Shown here: positions 35,089 through 44,639 of the stretch, one piece after another | Layout of the letters: each line of letters begins with the position of its first letter | Position numbering within the stretch: the stretch's first letter is position 1 | Assembly: GCF_022775115.1 (NCBI RefSeq) | Contig: NZ_JALFLA010000017.1 | Location: forward strand, 9,388-73,387 | Direction of reading: 5' to 3' | DNA from: Agathobaculum sp. | GTDB taxonomy: Bacteria > Bacillota > Clostridia > Oscillospirales > Butyricicoccaceae | Length of the DNA: 64,000 nt | The notes under the pieces: model-generated | Database searches by the model: none | What the model was told of the DNA's origin: nothing | What the model saw: the letters and a program-made list of their open reading frames with translations, nothing else | Program-made: the position numbers and the translations under genes

Positions 35089-35415
35089 ATGACCAAAAAG
35101 AACAAAAAAACGATTGCGCTGCTGGTCGTGCTGTGTGTCGTGCTGATTGCCGCGCCGGTGCTCGCGCTGCGCGGCGCGGAGTTTGGCGGCTCGGACGACG
35201 CGGGCAGCGACAAGGTGGCCGAGATCACCGGCACGGCATATGAGCCGTGGTTTACGCCTGTGTTCGAGCAGTTGCTCGGCGGCGAGCTGCCGGGTGAGCT
35301 GGAAAGCTTGATTTTCTGCGTGCAGACCGGCATCGGCGTGGGTGTGCTCGCGTTTTTCCTTGGCCGCTTTGTCGAGCGCGCAAAGTGGACAGGCGATAAG
35401 GCAAAGACGGAATAA
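35089..35415 (+). CDS. cbiN: cobalt transport protein CbiN
   Basis: AEFGGSDDAG, YEPWFTP, GELESLIFCVQTGIG. Confidence 0.93.
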   Translation: MTKKNKKTIALLVVLCVVLIAAPVLALRGAEFGGSDDAGSDKVAEITGTAYEPWFTPVFEQLLGGELPGELESLIFCVQTGIGVGVLAFFLGRFVERAKWTGDKAKTE

Positions 35416-35477
35416 CCGGGCGAAGCGGGGCGGGGCTGGCGGCTCGCCCTGCTTTGTTTGCGAAAGGGGGCAAAACG

Positions 35478-36602
35478 GTGGAACAGAGGGTGTACGCGGG
35501 CGCGCTGCGGCGCGGCTGGACGACAGGCTCGTGCGCGGCGGCGGCCGCGCAGGCGGCGGCGCAGCTGCTGCTCACCGGCAAAGCGCCCGAGGCCGTGCGC
35601 CTGCACACGCCGGGTGGGGTGACCTTCACGCTGCCGGTTGAGCGGGCGCGGCTGGGGGACGGCGCAGCCATCTGTGCTGTGCGCAAGGACGCAGGCGACG
35701 ACCCCGATGTGACAAACGGCGTGTGCATCCTCGCCCATGTGAAAAAGGCGGCGGCAGGCGTCGCCATCGAGGGCGGGCGCGGCGTCGGCCGCGTCACCCG
35801 TCCCGGGCTGTCCGTGCCGGTGGGGCAGGCGGCGATCAACCCCGCGCCGCGCGCGCAGATCACCGAGGCCGTGCGCCGCGCCGCCGCGCAGGCGAGGTAT
35901 GCGGGCGGCTTTGCCGTCACGATCGAGGCCGAAAACGGCGCAGAGCTTGCAAAACAGACGTATAATGCGCATCTGGGCGTGATGGGCGGCATTTCGATCC
36001 TCGGCACGAGCGGCATCGTCGAGCCGATGAGCGAAAAGGCGCTGATCGACACCGTCCGGCTCGAGCTGGACAGCCTGTATGCGCAGGGGCAGCGCGCGCT
36101 GCTGCTCTGTCCGGGCAATTACGGCGCGGATTTTGCGCGGGATACGCTCGGGCTTGCGCTCGAGCGCGCGGTCAAATGCTCGAATTTTATCGGAGAAGCG
36201 CTCGACCACGCGGTATGGCGCGGCTTTGCGCGCATTTTGCTGGTTGGCCACGCGGGCAAGCTGGTCAAGCTCGCGGCGGGCGTGATGAACACGCACTCGT
36301 CCGCGGCGGACGGGCGGCAGGAGATATTCACCGCGCATGCGGCGCTCTGCGGCGCGCGGCGGCAGGCGCTGGAAGCGCTGATGGAAGCCGTCTCGGTTGA
36401 CGCGATGGTCGAAATTTTAGAGCACGAAAACCTGCGCGGGCCGGTCTGCGCGCGTATCGGCGCGGCGGTCGAAAAGCGCCTCGCGCGGCGCATGAGTGGC
36501 CGGACGCGGGCCGAGTTTATCATGTTTACCAACCAATACGGCGTGCTCGCGCAGTCGGCCGGAGCGGCCGCGCTGTGCAGTGAACTGGGGGAGAGAAAAT
36601 GA
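35478..36602 (+). CDS. cbiD: cobalt-precorrin-5B C1-methyltransferase
   Basis: LRRGWTTGSCAAAAA, KDAGDDPDVT, GGISILGTSGIVEPMS. Confidence 0.95.
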   Translation: MEQRVYAGALRRGWTTGSCAAAAAQAAAQLLLTGKAPEAVRLHTPGGVTFTLPVERARLGDGAAICAVRKDAGDDPDVTNGVCILAHVKKAAAGVAIEGGRGVGRVTRPGLSVPVGQAAINPAPRAQITEAVRRAAAQARYAGGFAVTIEAENGAELAKQTYNAHLGVMGGISILGTSGIVEPMSEKALIDTVRLELDSLYAQGQRALLLCPGNYGADFARDTLGLALERAVKCSNFIGEALDHAVWRGFARILLVGHAGKLVKLAAGVMNTHSSAADGRQEIFTAHAALCGARRQALEALMEAVSVDAMVEILEHENLRGPVCARIGAAVEKRLARRMSGRTRAEFIMFTNQYGVLAQSAGAAALCSELGERK

Positions 36603-37297
36603 CAAAAGGGATACTGTATGGTGTGGGCGTCGGTCCAGGGGACGCCGAGCTGATGACGGTCAAGGCGCGGCGCGTTATCCGCGAGAGCGATGTGATCGCT
36701 GTGCCGCGGGCGGACATGGGCGAGCAGACCGCGCTTGCCATTGCGGCGGACTGTGTGGGAGACAAGCCGGTGCTCCGGTGCGATATGCCGATGACGCGCG
36801 ATAAGGCCGCGCGCGACACGGCGCATGACCGCGCGGCGGATGAGATCTGCGCACTGCTGGACGCGGGAAAGCGCGTGGCCTTCTTGACGCTGGGCGACCC
36901 GACCATCTACGCGACCTACTGGTATGTGCACAAGCGCGTGGCCGCGCGCGGCTACCCGACCGAGATCGTGCCCGGTGTGCCGTCTTTTTGCGCGGCGGCG
37001 GCCAGAACAGGCCGCGCGCTGTGCATGGACGGCGAGCCGTTGCATATTATCCCGGCCTCGCACGGCGCGGCCGCGCGCGGGCTGGCCCTGCCGGGCGGCA
37101 AGGTGCTGATGAAGGCGGGCAAGGGCATTCTGGACGTGCGCGACGCGCTGGCCGCGCAGGGGCAGCTGGCAAACGCCGTGCTGGTCGAGCGCTGCGGCAT
37201 GGAGGGTGAGCGGATCGTGACCGATTTGGCGCAGCTGGGCGACCCGACGGGGTATTTTTCCATCATCCTCGTGCGGGCGGAAGGCAATACCGATTAA
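36599..37297 (+). CDS. cbiL: cobalt-precorrin-2 (factor II) C20-methyltransferase
   Basis: LYGVGVGPGDAELMT, AFLTLGDPTIY, IVPGVPSF, VLMKAG. Confidence 0.92.
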   Translation: MTKGILYGVGVGPGDAELMTVKARRVIRESDVIAVPRADMGEQTALAIAADCVGDKPVLRCDMPMTRDKAARDTAHDRAADEICALLDAGKRVAFLTLGDPTIYATYWYVHKRVAARGYPTEIVPGVPSFCAAAARTGRALCMDGEPLHIIPASHGAAARGLALPGGKVLMKAGKGILDVRDALAAQGQLANAVLVERCGMEGERIVTDLAQLGDPTGYFSIILVRAEGNTD

Positions 37298-37352
37298 AGC
37301 GCGCCCGCAGCGGGGCGGGCGTTCAGGCTACTTGTGAACAAGGAGGCAGGCT

Positions 37353-38108
37353 ATGATCTATTTTGTCGGCGCGGGCTCGGGCGCGCCCGATCTCATCACC
37401 GTGCGCGGGGCGCGGCTGCTCGGGCAGGCGGACGTGATCGTCTACGCAGGCTCGCTGGTCAATCCCGCGCTGCTGGACTATAAAAAAGAGGGCTGCGCTG
37501 TGTATGACAGCGCGAAAATGACGCTTGAGCAGGTCATCGCTGTCATGGCGCCTGCGGCAAAGGCGGGCAAAACGGTCGTGCGCCTGCACACGGGCGACCC
37601 GTGTGTATACGGCGCGCACCGCGAGCAGATGGACGAGCTGGACAGGCTGGGGTTGGCGTATGAGGTCTGTCCGGGCGTGTCCTCGTTTTGCGGCGCGGCG
37701 GCCGCGCTGCGCGCGGAATACACGCTGCCGGGCGTCAGTCAGACGGTCATCCTGACCCGTATGGAGGGCAGAACGCCTGTGCCTGAGCGGGAGCAAATCG
37801 AAGCGCTGGCCGCGCACGGCGCGACCATGGTGCTGTTCCTGTCCGCCGGTATGCTGGATAAGCTGGCCGCGCGGCTGATCGCGGGCGGCTACGCGCCCGA
37901 CACGCCCGCCGCCATCGTCTACAAGGCGACATGGCCGGATGAAAAGGTCGTCCGCACGACGGTCGCGGAGTTGGCCGAGGCCGCCGCGCGCGAGGGTATC
38001 ACTAAAACCGCGCTCATCACGGTCGGCGGCTTTTTGGGGGATGCATATGAGCGCAGCCGGTTGTATGACCCGTCGTTTTCCACGGGCTTGCGTGAGGCCA
38101 GCCGATGA
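37353..38108 (+). CDS. cbiF: cobalt-precorrin-4 C11-methyltransferase
   Basis: YFVGAGSGAPDLIT, YAGSLVN, RLHTGDP, SQTVILTR. Confidence 0.95.
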   Translation: MIYFVGAGSGAPDLITVRGARLLGQADVIVYAGSLVNPALLDYKKEGCAVYDSAKMTLEQVIAVMAPAAKAGKTVVRLHTGDPCVYGAHREQMDELDRLGLAYEVCPGVSSFCGAAAALRAEYTLPGVSQTVILTRMEGRTPVPEREQIEALAAHGATMVLFLSAGMLDKLAARLIAGGYAPDTPAAIVYKATWPDEKVVRTTVAELAEAAAREGITKTALITVGGFLGDAYERSRLYDPSFSTGLREASR

Positions 38109-39130
38109 TACACGCCAAAATCGTCTCCTTTACCGATAGGGGCGCGAACACCGCCGCGCGCGCGGCGGCGGTGCTGGCGGACGCGCATGTAGAGCGCTAC
38201 GCCCGCACGGTCGACCTGTCGCTCCGGTATACGTCGCTCTCGCGCTTTGCGCAGCAGGCCATGGTCGACTGCGACCTCATCGTGTTCGTCGGCGCGGCGG
38301 GCATCGCGGTGCGCGCGGTCGCGCCCTATCTTGCGGGCAAGGCGTTTGACCCGGCGGTCGTCGTGATAGACGAGGCGGGCAGATTTGTCATCTCGCTGCT
38401 GTCCGGCCATCTGGGCGGCGCGAATGCGCTCACGCAGCGGCTGGCGGACGGCCTTGGCGCCGAGGCCGTCATCACGACCGCGACCGACGGGCGCGGCGTG
38501 TTCGCAGCCGATACATGGGCGGCGGCGCACGGTTGCACGGTCGCCGATCCGGACAAGATAAAGCACGTGTCGGGCGCGCTGCTGCGCGGGGAGATGGTCG
38601 GTCTGCGTTCGGCCTTTCCGGTGGACGGGCGCTTGCCCGCGCGGCTCGATCTTAACGCCCCGGCGGAGAGCGGCATCTGCATCGGCTACGACACGGCGGC
38701 GCAGCCCTTTGCACACACACTGCATCTGGTGCCGCGTATCGTGCATCTCGGCCTTGGCTGCCGTAAGGGTACGCCGGTCGAGCGCATAGAAGCGGCGGTG
38801 CGCGCCGTGCTGCGGCAGGCGGGGGTGCCGGTGCAGGCGCTGTGCGCGGCTGCGTCGATCGACGTAAAGCGGGACGAGCCGGGATTGCTGCTGTTCTGCG
38901 CGCGGCACGGGCTGCCGTTTGACACCTTTTCGGCCGCGCGGCTGGCTGAGGCGGGCGAGGGCTTTACGTCCTCCGGCTTTGTGCAGCAAACGGTCGGCGT
39001 GGACAATGTGTGCGAGCGGGCGGCGGTCGTGTCCGCAGGCGGCGGACGGTTGCTCTGCCGCAAAACGGCCATGGACGGCGTGACCGCCGCGCTGGCCGAA
39101 GCGCCTTGGCGCGTGCGGTTTGACGAATAG
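38105..39130 (+). CDS. cbiG: cobalt-precorrin-5A hydrolase
   Basis: GAAGIAVRAVAP, DPAVVVIDE, SLLSGHLGGAN, ITTATD, GLGCRKG, NVCERAA. Confidence 0.93.
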   Translation: MIHAKIVSFTDRGANTAARAAAVLADAHVERYARTVDLSLRYTSLSRFAQQAMVDCDLIVFVGAAGIAVRAVAPYLAGKAFDPAVVVIDEAGRFVISLLSGHLGGANALTQRLADGLGAEAVITTATDGRGVFAADTWAAAHGCTVADPDKIKHVSGALLRGEMVGLRSAFPVDGRLPARLDLNAPAESGICIGYDTAAQPFAHTLHLVPRIVHLGLGCRKGTPVERIEAAVRAVLRQAGVPVQALCAAASIDVKRDEPGLLLFCARHGLPFDTFSAARLAEAGEGFTSSGFVQQTVGVDNVCERAAVVSAGGGRLLCRKTAMDGVTAALAEAPWRVRFDE

Positions 39131-39157
39131 CCGCGCAAAAACGATTTTGGGAGGAGC

Positions 39158-40366
39158 ATGATGGTGGAGCTGTGGATGGCGGGCGTGGATTTCGTGCACG
39201 CGCCGCTCGATATGCGCGAGCGGGTGTCCTTTGTGCGCGGACAGGTGCAGGCGCTGCTGCCGCGCATCGCGGGTGCGCCCGGGGTGCTGGCCTGTGTGCT
39301 GCTGGCGACCTGCAACCGCACCGAGCTGTATGTGCACGGCGCGCCGGATGCGGAAATAGACGCGCTCGGCCTGCTGGCGCGGGCGGCGGGCTTTGACGCG
39401 GACACCTACCGCCCGCTGAGCGTGACGCGCGGCGGCGAGCAGGCGGTACGCCATCTGATGGCCGTGTCCGCCGGGCTGCAATCGCAGATCTTCGGGGACG
39501 AGCAGATCGTCACACAGGTGCGCGACGCGCTCTGCCTTGCGCGGGCGGCGGGCACGACCGACGCTGTGCTGGACACACTGTTTCGCCGCGCGGTGACGGC
39601 GGGCAAGCGGGTGCGCGCGGAAACGCGGCTGGTGGGCGTGCCGTCCTCGGCGGCTGCGGTCGCTGCGCGCCGGGCGGAGGCGTTTTTCGGCTCGCTCGAG
39701 GGCAGGCGCGCGGCCGTCATCGGCAACGGAGAGATGGGGCGGCTGGCCGCGGCCGCGCTGCGGGCCCGGGGTGCGGCGGTGACCGTCACCCTGCGTACCT
39801 ACCGCCACGGTGAGACGGTTGTGCCCGCGGGCTGTGCGACCTGGCCGTATGAAAAGCGCTACGGGCTGCTCGACGGCGCCGACCTTGCTGTTTCGGCCAC
39901 GACCAGCCCGCACTGTACGGTGACGGCGGCGGGGGTGTCCGCGCTTTTGCGTCCGCCCGCGCTGCTGATTGACCTTGCCATGCCGCGCGATATCGAGCAG
40001 GCAGTCGCAGACGATGGCCGTGTGACCGTGTGGAATCTGGACGATCTGGGCGACCTTGGCGAGCCGGGGGCGGACGAGCGCGCGGCTGCGCTGCGCATCC
40101 TTGACGAGGAGCAGGCCGCCTTTGCCGCGTGGTACGCCTACCGGCAGTCGCTGCCGGTGATCGGGCAGCTCAAGGACACGGCGCTCGACCGGCTGCGCTT
40201 TGACCACGCCTACGGTGGGCTGTATGAGGACGGCGATCTGGACGGCATGGCCGCGCTCGCGGTCAACAAAACGGTCGACCTGCTGCTGGGCGGCATGAAG
40301 GAGGTGGTCAGCCCGGCGCGGCTGGCGGCCTGTTTGGAGCATATAAAAAGGGGGAGCGGAAAATGA
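39158..40366 (+). CDS. hemA: glutamyl-tRNA reductase
   Basis: LATCNRTELY, GLQSQIFGDEQI, IGNGEMG, DLAMPRDI. Confidence 0.93.
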   Translation: MMVELWMAGVDFVHAPLDMRERVSFVRGQVQALLPRIAGAPGVLACVLLATCNRTELYVHGAPDAEIDALGLLARAAGFDADTYRPLSVTRGGEQAVRHLMAVSAGLQSQIFGDEQIVTQVRDALCLARAAGTTDAVLDTLFRRAVTAGKRVRAETRLVGVPSSAAAVAARRAEAFFGSLEGRRAAVIGNGEMGRLAAAALRARGAAVTVTLRTYRHGETVVPAGCATWPYEKRYGLLDGADLAVSATTSPHCTVTAAGVSALLRPPALLIDLAMPRDIEQAVADDGRVTVWNLDDLGDLGEPGADERAAALRILDEEQAAFAAWYAYRQSLPVIGQLKDTALDRLRFDHAYGGLYEDGDLDGMAALAVNKTVDLLLGGMKEVVSPARLAACLEHIKRGSGK

Positions 40367-41091
40367 AGCTGTACTGTATCGGCATCGGGCCGGGCGGCGC
40401 GGAGGAGATGACGCAGCGGGCGGTGCGCGCACTCGCGCAATGCGACTGCGTCGCGGGCTACGGCCTGTATCTCACGCTCATCGACGAGCTGCTGGCGGGC
40501 AAGGAGCGCATCTGCACCGGCATGACGCGCGAGGTCGAGCGCTGCACGGCGGCGCGGGACGCGGCGCTTGCGGGCAAGCGGGTGGCGGTCGTTTCCTCGG
40601 GCGACGCGGGCGTGTACGGCATGGCCGGGCTGCTGCTCGAGCTGTGCGCGGACTATCCTGAACTGGAAGTCGAGGTCGTTCCGGGCGTGACGGCGGCCTG
40701 CGCGGGCGGCGCGGCGCTCGGCTCGCCGCTGACGTGTGACTTTGCCTGCGTGTCGCTCTCCGACCTGCTCACACCGTGGGCGGTGATCGAAAAGCGCCTG
40801 CGCGCAGCGGCGGCAGGCGGCTTCTGCATCGCGCTGTACAACCCGGCGAGCAAAAAGCGCACTGACCACCTGCGGCGGGCGTGTGACATCGTGCTCGAGA
40901 CCCGCGCATCCGAAACCGTGTGCGGGCTGGTGCGCAGCGTTGGCCGGGCGGGCGAGGAGAGCACGCTGACCACGCTCGCCGCGCTGCGGGACACCCCGGT
41001 CGATATGCTGACGACCGTGTTCATCGGCAACGAGGACACCCGCGTCATCGGCGGGCGCATGGTCACGCCGCGGGGGTACCGGGGCGTATGA
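40363..41091 (+). CDS. cbiH: cobalt-precorrin-3B C17-methyltransferase
   Basis: IGIGPGG, VVSSGDAGVYGMAG, DFACVSLSDLLTPW, LYNPASKKR, TPRGY. Confidence 0.93.
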   Translation: MKLYCIGIGPGGAEEMTQRAVRALAQCDCVAGYGLYLTLIDELLAGKERICTGMTREVERCTAARDAALAGKRVAVVSSGDAGVYGMAGLLLELCADYPELEVEVVPGVTAACAGGAALGSPLTCDFACVSLSDLLTPWAVIEKRLRAAAAGGFCIALYNPASKKRTDHLRRACDIVLETRASETVCGLVRSVGRAGEESTLTTLAALRDTPVDMLTTVFIGNEDTRVIGGRMVTPRGYRGV

Positions 41092-42290
41092 GGCTTGTCA
41101 TCTTCTCCGGCACGAGCGAGGGACACGCGCTCTGCCGTTTTCTGTCTGCGCGCGGCGCGCGGGCGGCGGTGTATGTGGCGACTGCGTATGGACAGCAGGT
41201 GCTTGAGCCGATGGAAGGCATCAGCGTGCACACCGGGCGGCTGGACACCGGCGAGATGGCCGCCGCACTGGACGCGGATACATTGGTGATTGACGCAACG
41301 CATCCCTACGCCGCCGTGGTGAGCGGAAACCTGCGCGCGGCCTGCGGGCAGACAGGCGCAGCCTATGAGCGGCTCATCCGCCCCGCGCTGGACGCGGACG
41401 GCGTGCAGACCGTGCCGGACACGGCGGCGGCCGTCGCATGGCTGAACGCAAATGGGCAAAGCGCGCTGCTGACCACGGGCAGCAAGGAGCTTGCCGCCTA
41501 CACGGCGGTCGAGCGCTATCAGGAGCGGCTGTTCCCGCGCGTGCTGCCGTCGGCTGAGGTGCTGCGCACCTGCGAGCAGCTCGGCTTTCCGGGCGCGCAC
41601 ATCATCGCCATGCAGGGGCCGTTTTCGCACGAGCTGAACGCCGCGCTGCTGCGGCAGACCGGTGCGCGGGTGCTGGTAACAAAGGACACCGGCGCATCGG
41701 GCGGCTTTGCCGAAAAGCTGTCCGCCGCGCGCGAAGTGGGCGTGGCGGTGCTGTGCATCGCTCGGCCGCGCGCCGAGCAGGGCAAAACGCTGGGCGAAAT
41801 GCAGGACTATCTGACCGACACGCTCGGCTTGCACGAGCCTGCGCGCGCGCCGCTGCGGTTTCCGCTGTTTGTCTCGCTTGTGGGCAAGCGGTGCGTGGTG
41901 TTCGGCGCGGGCAAGATCGCGGCGCGGCGCGCCGGGGTGCTGCGGCGCTTTGGCGCGGCGGTGCGCGTGATCGCACCGGAGAGCCGGTCGGATCTTTCAC
42001 CGGACGAGTGCCGCGGCTACGAGAAAAGCGATCTGACCGGGGCTTTTCTGGCGGTCGCGGCGACCGACGACCACGCGGTCAACCGCCGCATCAGCGAGGA
42101 CTGCGCGGCGCAGGGCATCCCCTGCTCGGTGGCCGACTGCGCGGCGCGCTCGAGCTTCTTTTTCCCCGCCGTGTGCGAGGGAAGGGGGCTTGTCGCGGGC
42201 GTGGTGTCGGACGGCAGGGAACACACGGCCGCGGCAGCGGCGGCAAAGCGCATCCGCGCGGCATTGGAGGAATTGGATGGAGCCGATTAG
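41088..42290 (+). CDS. cbiJ: fusion of cobalt-precorrin-6A reductase (CbiJ) and a precorrin-2 dehydrogenase (SirC/Met8-like) domain
   Basis: FSGTSEG, IDATHPYA, AMQGPFS, TKDTG; then FPLFVSLVGKRCVVFGAGKIAARR..AVAATDD. Confidence 0.88.
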   Translation: MRLVIFSGTSEGHALCRFLSARGARAAVYVATAYGQQVLEPMEGISVHTGRLDTGEMAAALDADTLVIDATHPYAAVVSGNLRAACGQTGAAYERLIRPALDADGVQTVPDTAAAVAWLNANGQSALLTTGSKELAAYTAVERYQERLFPRVLPSAEVLRTCEQLGFPGAHIIAMQGPFSHELNAALLRQTGARVLVTKDTGASGGFAEKLSAAREVGVAVLCIARPRAEQGKTLGEMQDYLTDTLGLHEPARAPLRFPLFVSLVGKRCVVFGAGKIAARRAGVLRRFGAAVRVIAPESRSDLSPDECRGYEKSDLTGAFLAVAATDDHAVNRRISEDCAAQGIPCSVADCAARSSFFFPAVCEGRGLVAGVVSDGREHTAAAAAAKRIRAALEELDGAD

Positions 42291-43146
42291 AATAGGCAGC
42301 AGGGACAGCCGCCTTGCGGTCGCACAGGCCGAGGAGGTCATGCGTGCGCTGGGCAGCTGCGCGCTCATCACGATGAAAACGACGGGCGACAAGGTGCTCG
42401 ACCGGACGCTCGACCGCGCGGGCGGCAAAGGTTTGTTCGTCAAGGAGCTTGACCGGGCGCTGGCTGAGCGCCGCGTCGACCTGACCGTGCACAGCTTAAA
42501 GGATGTACCGGTCGAGCAGCCGGACGGCCTGCCGCTCATCGCCTACACCCGGCGGGCGGACGCGCGCGACGCGCTCGTGCTGCCCGAAAGCGGCGTGTGG
42601 GATAAAACAAAGCCGATCGGCAGCGCCTCCGCCAGACGGCGGGTGCAGCTGGCGGCGCTGTTTCCGGAAGTCGCGGTAAAGCCGGTGCGCGGCAACGTGC
42701 AGACGCGGCTGGCAAAGCTCGAAGCGGGCGAGTACGGCGCGCTCGTGCTGGCGGCGGCGGGGCTGCACCGGCTCGGGCTGCAAGACCGCATCAGCCGGTA
42801 TTTTTCACCGGATGAACTGCTCCCGGCGGCGGGACAGGGCATTTTGGCTGTGCAGGGGCGCGCGGGTGAGCTGGAGGACGCTGCAAAGCTGCTTGATGAT
42901 GCGGACGCGCGCGACTGCGCGCTGGCCGAGCGCGGCTTTGTGCGGGCGCTGGGCGGCGGCTGCTTTGCGCCGGTCGCGGCCTATGCCGAGGTGCAGGGCG
43001 CGTATCTGCATCTGCGCGGCCTGTACGCGACCGAGGACGAGCAGACGGTGGTGCGCGGCGCGCTGACCGGCGCGCGGCGCGACGCGGCGGCGCTGGGACA
43101 TACCTTGGCGCTGACGCTGCGGCGGCAAGCGGAGGGCGAGGCATGA
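42277..43146 (+). CDS. hemC: hydroxymethylbilane synthase
   Basis: IRIGSRDSRLAVAQ, GKGLFVKE, VHSLKD, RGNVQTRL, PAAGQG. Confidence 0.95.
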   Translation: MEPIRIGSRDSRLAVAQAEEVMRALGSCALITMKTTGDKVLDRTLDRAGGKGLFVKELDRALAERRVDLTVHSLKDVPVEQPDGLPLIAYTRRADARDALVLPESGVWDKTKPIGSASARRRVQLAALFPEVAVKPVRGNVQTRLAKLEAGEYGALVLAAAGLHRLGLQDRISRYFSPDELLPAAGQGILAVQGRAGELEDAAKLLDDADARDCALAERGFVRALGGGCFAPVAAYAEVQGAYLHLRGLYATEDEQTVVRGALTGARRDAAALGHTLALTLRRQAEGEA

Positions 43147-44639
43147 TAGGCACGGTAACATTGGTCGGCGCGGGGCCGGGGGGACGCGAACTGCTGACGC
43201 TTGCGGGCGCCGCGGCCATTCGGCAGGCTGACGCGGTCGTGTACGACCGGCTGGTGGATGGGGATATCCTGTGCCTGCTCCCGCCGGGGGCGGTGCGTGT
43301 CGACGCGGGCAAGCAGGCGGGCAATCACCCCATGCCGCAGGACGAGATCAACGCGACACTGGTGCGGCTGGCTAAGCAGGGCAAGAACACCGTGCGGCTC
43401 AAGGGCGGGGACTGCTACCTCTTTGGCCGGGGCGGGGAGGAATGCGAGCATCTGCGGGCAAACGGCGTACCGTTCCGCGTGATTCCGGGCGTGACGAGCG
43501 CGCTGGCCGCGCCCGCCTTCGCGGGCATCCCGGTCACCCACCGGGACTATTGCTCGTCCGTGCATTTCATCACGGCGCATGCGCGGGCGGGACAGACACC
43601 GTCTATCGACTACGCCGCGCTGGTGCGGCTGGACGGAACGTTGGTCTTTCTGATGGGGCTGGGGGCGCTCGAACAGGTGACGCAGGGCCTGCTGGACGCG
43701 GGCATCGACCCCGCAATGCCCGCCGCCGTGATCGAAAACGGCGCGCGCGGCAGCCAGCGCAAGGTGGTGGACACGGTGCGCGGACTCGCGGCGCAGGTGC
43801 GCGCGGCCGGGCTTGGCAGTCCCGCGCTGATCGTGGTCGGTCGGGTGTGCGGCCTGAGCGACGCGCTCGATTGGTTCACCCCGCTGCCGCTGCACGGCAA
43901 AACGGTGGTTGTAACGCGCCCGCGCGAGCGGGCGGGTACGCTCAGCGCGCGGCTGCGGACGCTTGGTGCGAACGTGGTCGAAGCGCCGTGCATCGAGACC
44001 GTCGAAAATGAGGATACCGCGCTGCTGCGCGCGGCGCTCGGTCATTCTTATGACTGGGCGGTGTTCACCAGCCCGGCGGGCGTACACGCGGCAGTACACG
44101 CGCTCGGCCGCTTGGGGCGTGACCTGCGCGCGCTCTACGGCATGAAGCTTGCCGCCATCGGGCGGGGCACAGCTGATGCACTCGCGGCCTACGGCCTGAC
44201 CGCCGACCTCGTGCCCGCACAGTATGACGGGGCACATCTGGCCGACGCGCTTGTTGAGCAACTGCCGCCCGACGGTGCGGTGCTGCTGCTGCGCGCGCGG
44301 CAGGGTACAAGGGTTTTGCCCGAAAAGCTGCTGGCGGCCGGAATGGTCGTGGCCGACGTGCCGCTGTACGACACGGTGTACCGCTGCGACCGGGCGGATG
44401 AGCTGCGCGCTCTGCTTGCGCGGCGCGCGGTCGACTGCGTCACCTTTACCAGTGCGTCGACGGTCGAGGGCTTTGTCCGCGCGGCCGGGGACGCGCCCTT
44501 GGACGGCTTTACTGCTCTGTGTATCGGTGCGCAGACCGAAAAAGCCGCGAAAGATCATCTCATGCACACCATTACCGCGAAAAACGCGACCATAGACGCG
44601 ATGCTCGCGCGATTATTGGAGGAATACGGCAATGTTTAA
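43143..44639 (+). CDS. cobA-hemD: uroporphyrinogen-III C-methyltransferase / uroporphyrinogen-III synthase fusion
   Basis: VGAGPG, RLKGGDCYLFGRGGEE; then VVVTRP, FTSPAGV, AAIGRGTA, FTSASTV. Confidence 0.93.
   Translation: MIGTVTLVGAGPGGRELLTLAGAAAIRQADAVVYDRLVDGDILCLLPPGAVRVDAGKQAGNHPMPQDEINATLVRLAKQGKNTVRLKGGDCYLFGRGGEECEHLRANGVPFRVIPGVTSALAAPAFAGIPVTHRDYCSSVHFITAHARAGQTPSIDYAALVRLDGTLVFLMGLGALEQVTQGLLDAGIDPAMPAAVIENGARGSQRKVVDTVRGLAAQVRAAGLGSPALIVVGRVCGLSDALDWFTPLPLHGKTVVVTRPRERAGTLSARLRTLGANVVEAPCIETVENEDTALLRAALGHSYDWAVFTSPAGVHAAVHALGRLGRDLRALYGMKLAAIGRGTADALAAYGLTADLVPAQYDGAHLADALVEQLPPDGAVLLLRARQGTRVLPEKLLAAGMVVADVPLYDTVYRCDRADELRALLARRAVDCVTFTSASTVEGFVRAAGDAPLDGFTALCIGAQTEKAAKDHLMHTITAKNATIDAMLARLLEEYGNV

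Noticed and set aside
37919-40432. 837-aa antisense ORF (and similar long shadow ORFs, e.g. 19237-20724 +, 42981-44567 -, 52330-54084 -)
   Set aside because: Opposite well-supported genes; Arg/Ala/Gly/His-rich with no motifs or RBS; expected from stop-codon scarcity in high-GC coding DNA
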